Assembly (NCBI GenBank): GCA_024278015.1
Contig: JAJRUC010000320.1
Location: forward strand, 1 to 45,404
DNA length: 45,404 nt
Direction: 5' to 3'
Source: Chloroflexota bacterium
Lineage (GTDB): Bacteria > Chloroflexota > Anaerolineae > 4572-78
In this document: positions 35,306 to 44,053 of the stretch, piece after piece
How positions within the stretch are numbered: the first letter of the stretch is position 1
How the letters are laid out: the number at the start of each line of letters is the position of its first letter
Position numbers and translations under genes: made by a program
The notes under the pieces: model-generated
Seen by the model: the letters and a program-made list of their open reading frames with translations, nothing else
What the model was told of the DNA's origin: nothing
Databases searched by the model: none

Positions 35306-36376
35306 TTACCAAAGCAGTGACCGCTCGGTTTCCGGGTCGAAGAATTGTACTTTGTTGGCGTTAAATTGCAAGTTAACAGTGTCTCCCATTTTTAGGCTCA
35401 TCTCCGGGTCGGCGAGTACGTGAACGTGCAAATCGCCGATTTTCACATCAATCAGGTCATCGCGGCCCAGTGGTTCAACTATGTAGACTTCACCGGCAGC
35501 ACCTTCGTTGGCGATGGTAATATCTTCCGGGCGAATACCCATAATAACGCGACCTTTTTCGGCGACTTTGTCAGTATGGCCGGCGGACAAGGGCATGGTT
35601 AACCCGGGGGCGCGGGCAGAGAAGAGGCCGTTTTCGTGTAAGATATCTACGGTTATAAAGTTCATGGGCGGGTTGCCCACAAAGCCGGCAATGAACAGGG
35701 TTTGCGGCCTGTCGTACAGTTCATCCGGCGGGGCAAAGGCTTGCAACCGCCCCGACTGGATGACGGCCACCCGGTCGGCCATGGTCATCGCTTCTACCTG
35801 GTCGTGCGTTACATAAATAGAGGTGATGCCCAGTTCCAGTTGCAGGCGTTTGATTTCGCTGCGCATCGAAAGGCGCAAGCGGGCATCCAGGTTAGAAAGA
35901 GGCTCATCGAAGAGCAACAGCCCCGGTTCTTTGACCAACGCCCGGCCCAAGGCCACGCGCTGTTGTTGCCCGCCGGAAAGTTGGGCCGGTTTGCGGTCCA
36001 GCAGATGACCAATGCCCATCATATCGGCAATTTTCCGGGTTCGCTCTTTCAATTCTTTCGCAGGGATTTTTTTCAGTTTAAGGGGGTAGCTGATATTTTT
36101 GAAGACATCCATGTGCGGATAGAGCGCGTAACTCTGAAACACCATACCGATGTTGCGGTCTTTGGGGGCCATATGGTTGACCATATAGTCATCAAACCTA
36201 ATGTACCCGGCAGTCGGTTTGTAAATTCCGGCAACCATTAACAGGGTGGTGGTTTTTCCGCAACCGGAAGGCCCTAAAAAAGCGATAAATTCTCCATCAT
36301 TAATATTAAGGGTAATTGAATCTGCGCCGACAACGGTTCCCCATTTTTTGGTCAGATTATCAAGTGCTACTTTCAT
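35306..36376 (-). CDS. sugar ABC transporter ATP-binding protein (MalK/UgpC type)
   Basis: GPSGCGKTT, LSGGQQQRVALGRAL and LLFDEPLSNLD, plus a C-terminal TOBE-like regulatory domain. Confidence 0.9.
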   Translation of the reverse strand: MKVALDNLTKKWGTVVGADSITLNINDGEFIAFLGPSGCGKTTTLLMVAGIYKPTAGYIRFDDYMVNHMAPKDRNIGMVFQSYALYPHMDVFKNISYPLKLKKIPAKELKERTRKIADMMGIGHLLDRKPAQLSGGQQQRVALGRALVKEPGLLLFDEPLSNLDARLRLSMRSEIKRLQLELGITSIYVTHDQVEAMTMADRVAVIQSGRLQAFAPPDELYDRPQTLFIAGFVGNPPMNFITVDILHENGLFSARAPGLTMPLSAGHTDKVAEKGRVIMGIRPEDITIANEGAAGEVYIVEPLGRDDLIDVKIGDLHVHVLADPEMSLKMGDTVNLQFNANKVQFFDPETERSLLW

Positions 36377-36448
36377 AATATACTCCGTTTAACTGATGTG
36401 CGATTTTGCCTTTGCGTTGAGAGACCAGGGGCAAGGTTTGTGTTGGAG

Positions 36449-37348
36449 TTAAGCCCCCCCCTTGCTGCCCCCGCCATAAATATTGAGCAACGCTTCCTGA
36501 GTGAATATAAAGAAAACAAGGATGGGAACAAGCTGAAAAAGCCCCAGTGCGGCCACTTCATTCCAGCTTCCCAGCGATGTATCGCCGGAGAAGCGGTTTA
36601 GCAACACCGGCAGGTTGGCTACTTTAGAGCCGATGGTAAACGTAAAGGGTATCAGATAAGCGTTCCAGCCGGTGATGAAGGTGAAAATAGAGAGGGCGGC
36701 CAGCCCCGGTTTTATTTGGGGCAAAATAATTTCCCACCATACCCGAAAGCGAGATGCGCCATCAATCAGGGCGGCTCGTTCCATATCCCAGGAGAGGTTA
36801 TCGAAGAAGCCTTTCATCAACCACACGCCCAGCGGCAGGTCTAAAGTAATCATCACCAGGGCCACGCCGCCGACCGTATTAAAGCCGACCCAATCGCCGA
36901 TGAGGGGAATGCCTCCGATGAATAGTAGAACCTGAAAGATGGCAATCAGCAACATTTCCGGCCGAAAAGCATGTAGCAACAAGGTTGTGCCCAAAAAGCC
37001 TTTACGCCCGGCAAAATTCATGCGGGCCAGGGCGTAGCCGGTTAAAGAGGATAAAAAACCGACGCCGACTACCATACCAACGGCAATGCCAAAAGAGTTA
37101 AGTGTGGCGTTCCAAACTTCGGGGTTGTGAAGGAAAGACCAGTTTTGCAGGGTTAAACCGCCAATGTTGCCGTGCGCATCTTTGGGTATCAAGCCTTCTG
37201 TTCGCACAGAGAAGGTGGCGATGAAAATCCAGGCATAGCCGATGATAATGGGCAAGATGCTGATGGTCAGTAAAATATAGGGGATGGCCCGGCTGAGGGA
37301 TTTTCGCAGTCCATAGGTTTGTTCTGTCTCAAAGGTTGTGGGTGTCAT
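36449..37348 (-). CDS. carbohydrate ABC transporter permease (MalG/CUT1 type)
   Basis: 299 aa with 6 TM segments. EAA-loop region ERAALIDGASRFRVWWEIILP. GGAGG RBS. Confidence 0.9.
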   Translation of the reverse strand: MTPTTFETEQTYGLRKSLSRAIPYILLTISILPIIIGYAWIFIATFSVRTEGLIPKDAHGNIGGLTLQNWSFLHNPEVWNATLNSFGIAVGMVVGVGFLSSLTGYALARMNFAGRKGFLGTTLLLHAFRPEMLLIAIFQVLLFIGGIPLIGDWVGFNTVGGVALVMITLDLPLGVWLMKGFFDNLSWDMERAALIDGASRFRVWWEIILPQIKPGLAALSIFTFITGWNAYLIPFTFTIGSKVANLPVLLNRFSGDTSLGSWNEVAALGLFQLVPILVFFIFTQEALLNIYGGGSKGGA

Positions 37349-37360
37349 GCAATCCTCCGT

Positions 37361-38791
37361 TTACAAAACATCAATTTTTGGTTCTTGCACCAGGTCGTCG
37401 AAGCGGAAAACCCGTAGATAAATGAACGACAGAATTGCCCCAATGACTACCAGCACAAAGCCCCAGGCCGCGCCATACGCCCACTGGTTTGAGCCGAAAT
37501 AGGTGAACAGGGCGCGTTTGTAGGCGGTTAGGGACCACACTTCGGTGGTGAAAAGGCCCGGCCCGCCTTCAGTCAAGAGGAGTATGTACTCAAATGAGAC
37601 CAGCAGCGAGAGCGTTTGATAGGTGGTAACAAACAACAGGGGCCATCGAAGCAAGGGCAGGGTGATGTCTTTGATGATTTGCCAACTGGAAGCTCCGTCA
37701 ACTTTGGCGGCGATGATAAAATCTTTGGGGATGGCTTCTATTGCCGAGGTGAAGATAATCATCCCGAATGATGCGCCTACAAAACCATTGACCAGAATCA
37801 CAAATAACCAGGGCGTTTCGTTCAGCCAGTAGGGTTGGTGCTGGATGCCTGCCCAACCCAAAAACTGGTTGATGATGCCATACGGTGGAACCTGGGTAAA
37901 GCGTTTCCACATGACAATATAAACTACCGATGGCGTGATGCGCGGCAACAGCCATATCAATCGAAAGAAGAAACTGGAGCGTCGATTGATGTGCGAGGTT
38001 AGCAGCGCCAGCGCCAACGCCAGCCCTACGTTGAAAAATGCCAGCGTCATCACCACGTAAAAAACAGTATTCCGCAGAATTTTGGGGAAGAATTTATCGC
38101 TGAACATGCGTCGATAATTCCCCAGGCCAATGAAGGTCCAGGGGTCGCCGAAATTGGCGCTTGATAAATTGGTTAAACTGAGAATGAATAACAGCACTAC
38201 CGGAATAAGGAAAAAGATGATAACCAGCAAACTGGTTGGACTCATAAATCCGTAAGCGCCCAGCGTGTTTCTGAAGGATGGTTTTTGGCGGGCTAACGCA
38301 GCCGTGGTCAGCGTTCCGGATAGAATAATGAGCAGCAAGGCCAGGAATGTGGCAATCAATCCGGATAAATAGTGAATATCTACCCCCACTTTGGCGGCAT
38401 CTCTTTGGGCCTCGCCAAATTGCCCCAACAAAACAAGCAAAGGCAAAGCGCCCAGGGCAATTAACCAAAAGCCGTCTTTTTCTACAATGATTTTGCGCCG
38501 ATAAGCCAAAAAGACAACCAAAAGGGTCACCATGCCGGCAATCGGAACCAGATAACTGGTTGGCGTTCCTCTAAAAATTACAGCGCCTTTGCTTAAGGCC
38601 ACCACGGGGCCGGCTCCAATTTTTAAACCCGATAAAGAACCAAGCAATCCGCCGCCACTTGAAAACCCAATCCACGGCAGAAAGAAGGCGACGATGCCTA
38701 ACAGCCCGCCCACTATGGCGATGATAAAATTAACTGTTTGTCCGGGTATTTTTACCGGGTTATTATCTTCTGGTGATTTGGTGAAAGACAT
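37361..38791 (-). CDS. carbohydrate ABC transporter permease (MalF/CUT1 type) with about 170-aa N-terminal membrane extension
   Basis: EAA loop IIAAKVDGASSWQIIKDITLP. Start set at ATG 38791 (MSFTKSPE) with a GAGGAGG RBS 7 nt upstream. Confidence 0.85.
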   Translation of the reverse strand: MSFTKSPEDNNPVKIPGQTVNFIIAIVGGLLGIVAFFLPWIGFSSGGGLLGSLSGLKIGAGPVVALSKGAVIFRGTPTSYLVPIAGMVTLLVVFLAYRRKIIVEKDGFWLIALGALPLLVLLGQFGEAQRDAAKVGVDIHYLSGLIATFLALLLIILSGTLTTAALARQKPSFRNTLGAYGFMSPTSLLVIIFFLIPVVLLFILSLTNLSSANFGDPWTFIGLGNYRRMFSDKFFPKILRNTVFYVVMTLAFFNVGLALALALLTSHINRRSSFFFRLIWLLPRITPSVVYIVMWKRFTQVPPYGIINQFLGWAGIQHQPYWLNETPWLFVILVNGFVGASFGMIIFTSAIEAIPKDFIIAAKVDGASSWQIIKDITLPLLRWPLLFVTTYQTLSLLVSFEYILLLTEGGPGLFTTEVWSLTAYKRALFTYFGSNQWAYGAAWGFVLVVIGAILSFIYLRVFRFDDLVQEPKIDVL

Positions 38792-38889
38792 ACGCAACCT
38801 CCTCAACACCCCAGGTGATAATGATTGGTCAAATAAAAGTCAGGCAACGGCGCATTTCTACAGGGCCTTTGGGCGATGCGCCGTGGCAT

Positions 38890-38927
38890 GGCCCGGGAGA
38901 GGGGGATTACCCCCTCTCCGAAGGGCC
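38890..38927. repeat. intercistronic G/C-tract hairpin (short member of the repeat family)
   Basis: GGCCC-G-GGAGAGGGGG-ATTA-CCCCCTCTCC-GAA-GGGCC lies between the binding-protein stop (38938) and the permease start. The stem sequence is the same type as at 5701-5723. Confidence 0.5.
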
Positions 38928-38937
38928 AAAGACGTTG

Positions 38938-40461
38938 TTATTGGATAATGATATTATCACCCAGTTCGTTCTGGAGTTGGTCAACCACCACATCCACTGC
39001 TTCTTCCGGGGTCAGGTCGCCGGATTCAACCGCTTGAATGCCCAGATAGTAAGCCTCTGAATAGGAACTCCAGTAGGGGCTGTTGGGCAAGAAAGTGGTG
39101 TATTGCAGCAACGGCAAGGTGGCGCTGAGGAATTTGGCAGTTTTGTAGGGGGGGTAGTCGGCCTGAGATTTAAGGACCCCCAGGTGTCCGCTGGCAACGG
39201 CGTAATCGGTGTTGAGTTCTTTGGTTGTTGCTTTGGAGATGAGCAACAAGGCCAGGTCCGGGTTTTTTGATTGAGAGCTAATCATATAAACCAGGGGATG
39301 GGTCAGGGTAATGGGAGCGTCTGTGCCTTCTTCGTTGGCGGGAATGGGGGCAAAGCCAACATTTTCCCACAGGTAATCTTCGCCGCCTACATCTTGCAAG
39401 TAGTTGGTGTGCCAACTGGCCCAGCGCCAGGTGCCTTCAAATACAAACAAGACTTTATCGAATTTGCTGGTATATTCTTTGTGGAAATCCCAGTCTCCAT
39501 CCAGTTTGTTGGGGCGAATGATGTCGCGCACCTGGGCCGCATCGTACAGCATGCTGTACACTTTTAGCGCCGCAGTTTTATCGAACACCAGGGCGTTGCT
39601 CCCGTTGGGGTCAACCACTTCGCCGCCGGCGCCATAGTAATAATAAAGGAAGTCCGGCCCGTTTGAGGGGCGATGCCACCAGCCGTCGCCGGGTTCCACT
39701 ACCCCTTTTGCCACCGCTTCGGCGGCGGTATCAAGCATATCCTGGAAGGTGAAATCACCGCTGGCTACGCGGTCAGACAAGTTGTTAATGTCTTCATCGC
39801 TCCAACCTAATTGGCGCAGGAGTGGTTTGCTGTAGTACATCGGGCGGGCTTCTGCGTCTTGCGGCACGCCCCAAATGCTGCCGTTCAATTTAGTGGCTGT
39901 CCACAGCGAGTCAATCACGTCGGCAAATTCGGGATATTTGCCCACTTCATTGGTAATATCATACAGGAATCCGGCAGTCGCCCAGTCGCCAATGTGTTCG
40001 TGACCGGAAACGATAATGTCGGGCGCTTCTCCGGCGTCTGAAGCCAACTCAAACTCGGTTTTGTAGTCGCCCCAGCTTGCGTCATCCTGAATGGCTTCCA
40101 GGGCAACGCGGCGATTGTCGCCGTTGGCGGCCAGTTCGGCATTAACCGCGCCTACCGCTTTCACCAGGTTGTCGCAGCGACCGTTTTCGTAAGGGGGGCT
40201 GGCTTTACAGCGCGCTACCAACTTCACTTCCTGAACGCTGCCTTCTTTTTCCACCTCAACGGTTTCATAAACCTTGACTTCTTTTTCCACTTCAACGGTT
40301 TCATAGACCTTGACTTCTTTTTCCACTTCAACGGTCTTTATCACTTCCACTTCTTTTGTTTCAACAATGGTGATGACCTCTGGCGTGGCGCTGCTGCAAG
40401 CCGCAATTAAAGCCAACAGTATACCAACAAATAACACGATCAGGATATTTCGTTTAGACAC
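38938..40461 (-). CDS. extracellular solute-binding lipoprotein (CUT1 sugar family) with N-terminal Glu/Val/Lys tandem repeats
   Basis: GTG start with AAAGGAGG RBS and lipobox LIAACSS. A repeat stretch VEVEKEVKVYETVEVEKEVKVYETVEVEKE precedes the SBP fold. Confidence 0.85.
   Translation of the reverse strand: MSKRNILIVLFVGILLALIAACSSATPEVITIVETKEVEVIKTVEVEKEVKVYETVEVEKEVKVYETVEVEKEGSVQEVKLVARCKASPPYENGRCDNLVKAVGAVNAELAANGDNRRVALEAIQDDASWGDYKTEFELASDAGEAPDIIVSGHEHIGDWATAGFLYDITNEVGKYPEFADVIDSLWTATKLNGSIWGVPQDAEARPMYYSKPLLRQLGWSDEDINNLSDRVASGDFTFQDMLDTAAEAVAKGVVEPGDGWWHRPSNGPDFLYYYYGAGGEVVDPNGSNALVFDKTAALKVYSMLYDAAQVRDIIRPNKLDGDWDFHKEYTSKFDKVLFVFEGTWRWASWHTNYLQDVGGEDYLWENVGFAPIPANEEGTDAPITLTHPLVYMISSQSKNPDLALLLISKATTKELNTDYAVASGHLGVLKSQADYPPYKTAKFLSATLPLLQYTTFLPNSPYWSSYSEAYYLGIQAVESGDLTPEEAVDVVVDQLQNELGDNIIIQ
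40242..40336. repeat. 36-bp tandem repeat (2.6 copies) inside the solute-binding protein gene
   Basis: Units are 40242-40277, 40278-40313 and a partial 40314-40336. Units 1 and 2 differ at 2 positions. The repeat is in frame and encodes EKEVKVYETVEV. Confidence 0.85.
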
Positions 40462-40563
40462 TTTTTCCTCCTTTGTAAAAAGCGTTAAATAGGTTTTGTT
40501 GATTGTTGAAGAACTGAGCGACCGTTATGTGATGTGCACCACCTCCTCTTGCGGAACATAAAT

Positions 40564-41568
40564 TTATGATGATGTGGCGGTAGATAGAGATACGGGGGCG
40601 GTTGAGTCACGAAACATCAACCGGGGTTGGACAATTTCAGGTTCAACATTATTTTTATGATTAATAAGGCGAATGAGCATTTCTACAGCCCGTTCTCCCA
40701 CTCTGTTAGCAGGTTGGCGAACCGTGGTCAACGAGGGATTGTAATAAGCGGACATTTCCAGATCATCAAAGCCGGTCACCGAAATATCCTGGGGTACGCG
40801 ACATTTGTGCCGGTGCAAGGCATTTATCACCCCGATGGCGGTTAAATCATTAAAACAGGAAATGGCCGTGGGCGGGTGGGCCAGGTTCATCAAGACGGGC
40901 GCTGCGGTCAGGCCGCCCATAATTCCGCCATCGCATGGAACAATCAGCGCGGGGTCAACAGAGATACCGTGCGCCTCCAGCGCAACCCGATACCCTTCCA
41001 GCCGTTCCATACCGTCTCTTGGTTGGGTCACATGGGCAATACGACGATGCCCCAGGTCAATGAGATGCTTGATGAGTTTACGCATTCCGGTTGCGCGGTC
41101 TACAGCCACTGAATGAGGATAGGTTAGACTGTTGATAATGACCACCGGCTTGAAGAAATTATTATCCGGGTCCAGGTAGATGTTTTCAATGTAAGAGCCG
41201 GTCACAATGACACCGTCAACACGCCGTTGGTGAAAATCGTACACAACTTCCAGCTCGCGGTCCGGGTCTCGATAAAAGCTGTTCAGCAACATTTGATAGG
41301 TGTGGGCGGCAATAGCTTTTTCAATACCCTGTATTAAACCAATGTAGTACGGGTCTGTCAGGTCGGTAACGGCTACCCCAATGGTAGCCGAACGTTGGAC
41401 CGCCAGACTGCGGGCAATTGAACTGGGGACGTACCCCATTTCTTTTGCCAATTGCTGGATATGGGCTTTGGTGCCCTCACTAATTCTGGGGTGGTTGTTT
41501 AAGGCCCGGGAAACCGTTGAGGGAGAGACACCGGCTATTTTAGCAATATCTTTAATGGATACGGCCAT
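40564..41568 (-). CDS. LacI-family transcriptional regulator
   Basis: N-terminal HTH MAVSIKDIAKIAGVSPSTVSRALNNHPRISEGTK followed by a periplasmic-binding-like effector domain. Confidence 0.9.
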   Translation of the reverse strand: MAVSIKDIAKIAGVSPSTVSRALNNHPRISEGTKAHIQQLAKEMGYVPSSIARSLAVQRSATIGVAVTDLTDPYYIGLIQGIEKAIAAHTYQMLLNSFYRDPDRELEVVYDFHQRRVDGVIVTGSYIENIYLDPDNNFFKPVVIINSLTYPHSVAVDRATGMRKLIKHLIDLGHRRIAHVTQPRDGMERLEGYRVALEAHGISVDPALIVPCDGGIMGGLTAAPVLMNLAHPPTAISCFNDLTAIGVINALHRHKCRVPQDISVTGFDDLEMSAYYNPSLTTVRQPANRVGERAVEMLIRLINHKNNVEPEIVQPRLMFRDSTAPVSLSTATSS

Positions 41569-41613
41569 TGTAGTTAACTCACCTGGCTATACTGTTTGGC
41601 TTGAGCGGGAAGT

Positions 41614-41631
41614 TGTGCAAACGTTTGCACA
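41614..41631. promoter_or_regulatory. perfect 18-bp palindromic LacI-family operator
   Basis: TGTGCAAACGTTTGCACA is self-complementary with a central CG, as in LacI/CcpA-type operators. It starts 2 nt downstream of the -10 hexamer of the lacI-like promoter. Confidence 0.7.
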
Positions 41632-41632
41632 C

Positions 41633-41661
41633 ATTTTAGCGTGTTTGTCAAAAAATGTCAA
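41633..41661 (-). promoter_or_regulatory. sigma70-type promoter of the LacI-regulator / sugar ABC operon
   Basis: On the minus strand: TTGACA (41661-41656), 17-nt spacer, TAAAAT (41638-41633). Confidence 0.6.
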
Positions 41662-41893
41662 GCCCTGTTTTTTACTCCCGGCAATTCTCGTTTTGAGAGT
41701 GGCTATCGGGTGCCATTGTAAGGCGCGTTTTTTGCGCCGAAGCAATCTCCGGCTTGCATAGAGGGGATTGCTTCGCTCCGCTCGCTTCATTCGCAATGGC
41801 ATCTTTCACCACTTGCCGATTCCCGGTAATAATGGCCCATAATTTCAGCGTGGCTTGCCGGGAAAATGGTTGGAGCGCGATAAAATGAGAATT

Positions 41894-42053
41894 CAGGACT
41901 TACGCAGTTGCAACATTTTACCCCCCTCAGTGCCTGATGAAGAAACCGCTTCGCGCCCTCAAGCGGGGGGAATTAGCTCCTCCCCCGACAGCGGGGGACG
42001 CGAAGCGGGGAGGGGGTAAAACACCGTGATTTACCGCAACTGCGTAAGTCCTG
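41894..42053. mobile_element. MITE-like element (160 bp) of the C/G-tract module family
   Basis: Perfect 18-bp TIR CAGGACTTACGCAGTTGC / GCAACTGCGTAAGTCCTG. GAATT abuts both ends. An inner stem TTTTACCCCC / GGGGGTAAAA and further nested stems are present. The TIR core CTTACGCAGTTG is shared with the element at 14724. Confidence 0.6.
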
Positions 42054-42079
42054 GAATTGCTGTTTTATCTTCAACATCG

Positions 42080-42108
42080 TTGACAGAGGCAAGACTGTCA
42101 CGTACAAT
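42080..42108 (+). promoter_or_regulatory. near-consensus sigma70-type promoter upstream of the receiver-domain gene
   Basis: TTGACA (42080-42085), 17-nt spacer, TACAAT (42103-42108). GAAGGAGG RBS precedes ATG 42164. Confidence 0.6.
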
Positions 42109-42163
42109 GCTATTATCAGGTTTGTTGTTGAAATAAACCGTAATTCACGCAGAAGGAGGTCAG

Positions 42164-42529
42164 ATGCCTCGTATATTAATTGTGGATGACGAACAAAGCC
42201 AGATCGATTTACTGACCACGGAAATGAAGTTCACCGGCTGGGCAACCGGTTTTGCCTACAACGGCGTTGACGCGGTGTTGAAAGTTTTGGATGGAGGCTG
42301 GGATGTCCTGTTGATGGACATTCGTATGCCCAAACTGGACGGCATTGGCGCGTTGAAAATTATCAGGCGCGTGGCCCCTGATTTGCCCGTTATTATGTTT
42401 ACCGGGCAGGCCGGGCAGGGCGATATGTACGAAACCACCCGCCTGGGCGCGTACACCTGTTTGCTGAAGCCCGTCGATTTGGACCAGTTGCACCGCGTTC
42501 TGACCGAAGCCCTGCGTCTGGCGCCGTAA
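42164..42529 (+). CDS. single-domain response regulator (CheY-like receiver)
   Basis: 121 aa. ILIVDDE, the phospho-acceptor context LLMDIRMPKLDG, and TGQ / K in LLKP are present. Confidence 0.85.
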   Translation: MPRILIVDDEQSQIDLLTTEMKFTGWATGFAYNGVDAVLKVLDGGWDVLLMDIRMPKLDGIGALKIIRRVAPDLPVIMFTGQAGQGDMYETTRLGAYTCLLKPVDLDQLHRVLTEALRLAP

Positions 42530-42544
42530 CGAGCCGGGGACAGT

Positions 42545-43684
42545 ATGACCATTCAAAACATTGCCCGGCCTGTTTCCCCGCAAAACGGGCCGGATGAATT
42601 TATTGCGGCCCTGCCCAAAGCGGAAATCCACCTTCATCTGGAAGGGGCCATCCAACCGGCCACCGTGCTGGCCCTGGCCCGCCGGCACAAGTTGCTTGCC
42701 AACTTGCCCGCTTCGGACGAAGCCGGATTGCGGCAGTGGTTTTCCTTTTCCGGTTTCTCCCATTTTATCCAGGTGTACCTCACCCTTCAAAATTTATTGC
42801 GCGCCCCGGCAGATTTTGCCCTGACAGCCTATGAGTGCGGGGCCGATATGGCCCGCCAGAATATTCGCTACCGGGAAGTGACGGTAACGCCCTACACCCA
42901 CACCGATTTTTTGGACAAAGGCTTGACCATCGACGATATGTTGGCGGGCCTGGAAGACGGCCGCCGCCGCGCCCGCCATGATTTTGGCGTGGAAATGCGC
43001 TGGGTGTTCGATATTCCCCGCAATTTGAGCTTTCCGCAACGCGACGGAAAAACCTACGACCCTCGGCCCGCCGAGCGGACGCTGGAATTTGCCCTGGCCG
43101 GACAGGGCCGGGGCGTGGTGGGCTTTGGCCTGGGCGGCTACGAAGTCGGCGCCCCGCCCGAATTTTATGCTCACGCCTTTACTGCGGCCAAACAGGCCGG
43201 CCTGCTGTCTGTGCCCCACGCCGGAGAGACCGCCGGCCCGGCAGGAGTGTGGGGGGCCGTCAACGCCCTGGCCGCCGACCGCATCGGCCACGGCGTGCGG
43301 GCTGTGGAAGACCCGGCTCTGCTGGCCCTGCTTGTCAAGCGGCGCATCCCCCTGGAAATCAATGTCACCAGCAACATTTGCCTGCACGTGTACCGCCGGC
43401 CGGCGGAACATCCCCTGCCGCATCTGGACCGCATGGGCGTGCTGGTGACGGTCAACAGCGATGACCCGTCTCTGTTTAACACCTCTCTGGTGCAGGAATA
43501 TCAGCTATTGGCCCGTGAATTCGGCTACAGTCAGGCCGATTTGATTCGTTTGGCCCGCAACGCCTTTGCCGTGTGCGGCGCAGAACCGGATTTGAAGCAG
43601 ACCATGCTGCAAGATTTCGACCGCTGGGCCGCAGATTGGGAAAACCGGGAGGCGGCTTCGGACGAAAGGAGCCAAAGGCCATGA
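42545..43684 (+). CDS. add: adenosine/adenine deaminase family amidohydrolase
   Basis: LPKAEIHLHLEGA, SVPHAGE and TVNSDDPSLF are the metal-binding motifs of the adenosine deaminase family. Confidence 0.85.
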   Translation: MTIQNIARPVSPQNGPDEFIAALPKAEIHLHLEGAIQPATVLALARRHKLLANLPASDEAGLRQWFSFSGFSHFIQVYLTLQNLLRAPADFALTAYECGADMARQNIRYREVTVTPYTHTDFLDKGLTIDDMLAGLEDGRRRARHDFGVEMRWVFDIPRNLSFPQRDGKTYDPRPAERTLEFALAGQGRGVVGFGLGGYEVGAPPEFYAHAFTAAKQAGLLSVPHAGETAGPAGVWGAVNALAADRIGHGVRAVEDPALLALLVKRRIPLEINVTSNICLHVYRRPAEHPLPHLDRMGVLVTVNSDDPSLFNTSLVQEYQLLAREFGYSQADLIRLARNAFAVCGAEPDLKQTMLQDFDRWAADWENREAASDERSQRP

Positions 43685-43968
43685 TAACCCATGTGGTGTT
43701 GTTTAAATTAACGGACCGTTCCGCCGAAAATATCCGGCATACCCGCGATATTTTAGCCGCGATGACGGGCAAAATATCGCAGCTTTGCGAGTTGGAAGTG
43801 GGCCAAAACGCCCTGCCCTCTGAGCGAGCCTGCGACATCGCCCTGATTGCCCGCGTTGAATCGTGGGCGGATTTGCAAATTTATCAAAAACATCCGGTCC
43901 ACAAAAAGGTGCTGGAACACATCGGCCAGGTCGCTGCTTCGGTGGTGGCCGTCGATTATGAGACATAG
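43681..43968 (+). CDS. Dabb-family (stress-responsive alpha/beta barrel) protein
   Basis: MITHVVLFKL...HPVHKKV pattern in a 95-aa product. The ATG overlaps the add stop (ATGA). The longer ORF from 43573 is rejected. Confidence 0.8.
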   Translation: MITHVVLFKLTDRSAENIRHTRDILAAMTGKISQLCELEVGQNALPSERACDIALIARVESWADLQIYQKHPVHKKVLEHIGQVAASVVAVDYET

Positions 43969-44053
43969 CCGTGGAATCGATTATGATTATGTTGATTTAA
44001 CTGCCGGAATGGGTTATAATTGATATAACATAATCACAGGAAACCAGTAACGT

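Noticed and set aside
5678-42053. Possibility that the dispersed G/C-tract repeats are a CRISPR array or its remnants
   Set aside because: The copies are kilobases apart, each in a different intergenic region. There are no constant-length direct repeats separated by unique spacers, and no cas genes in the window.
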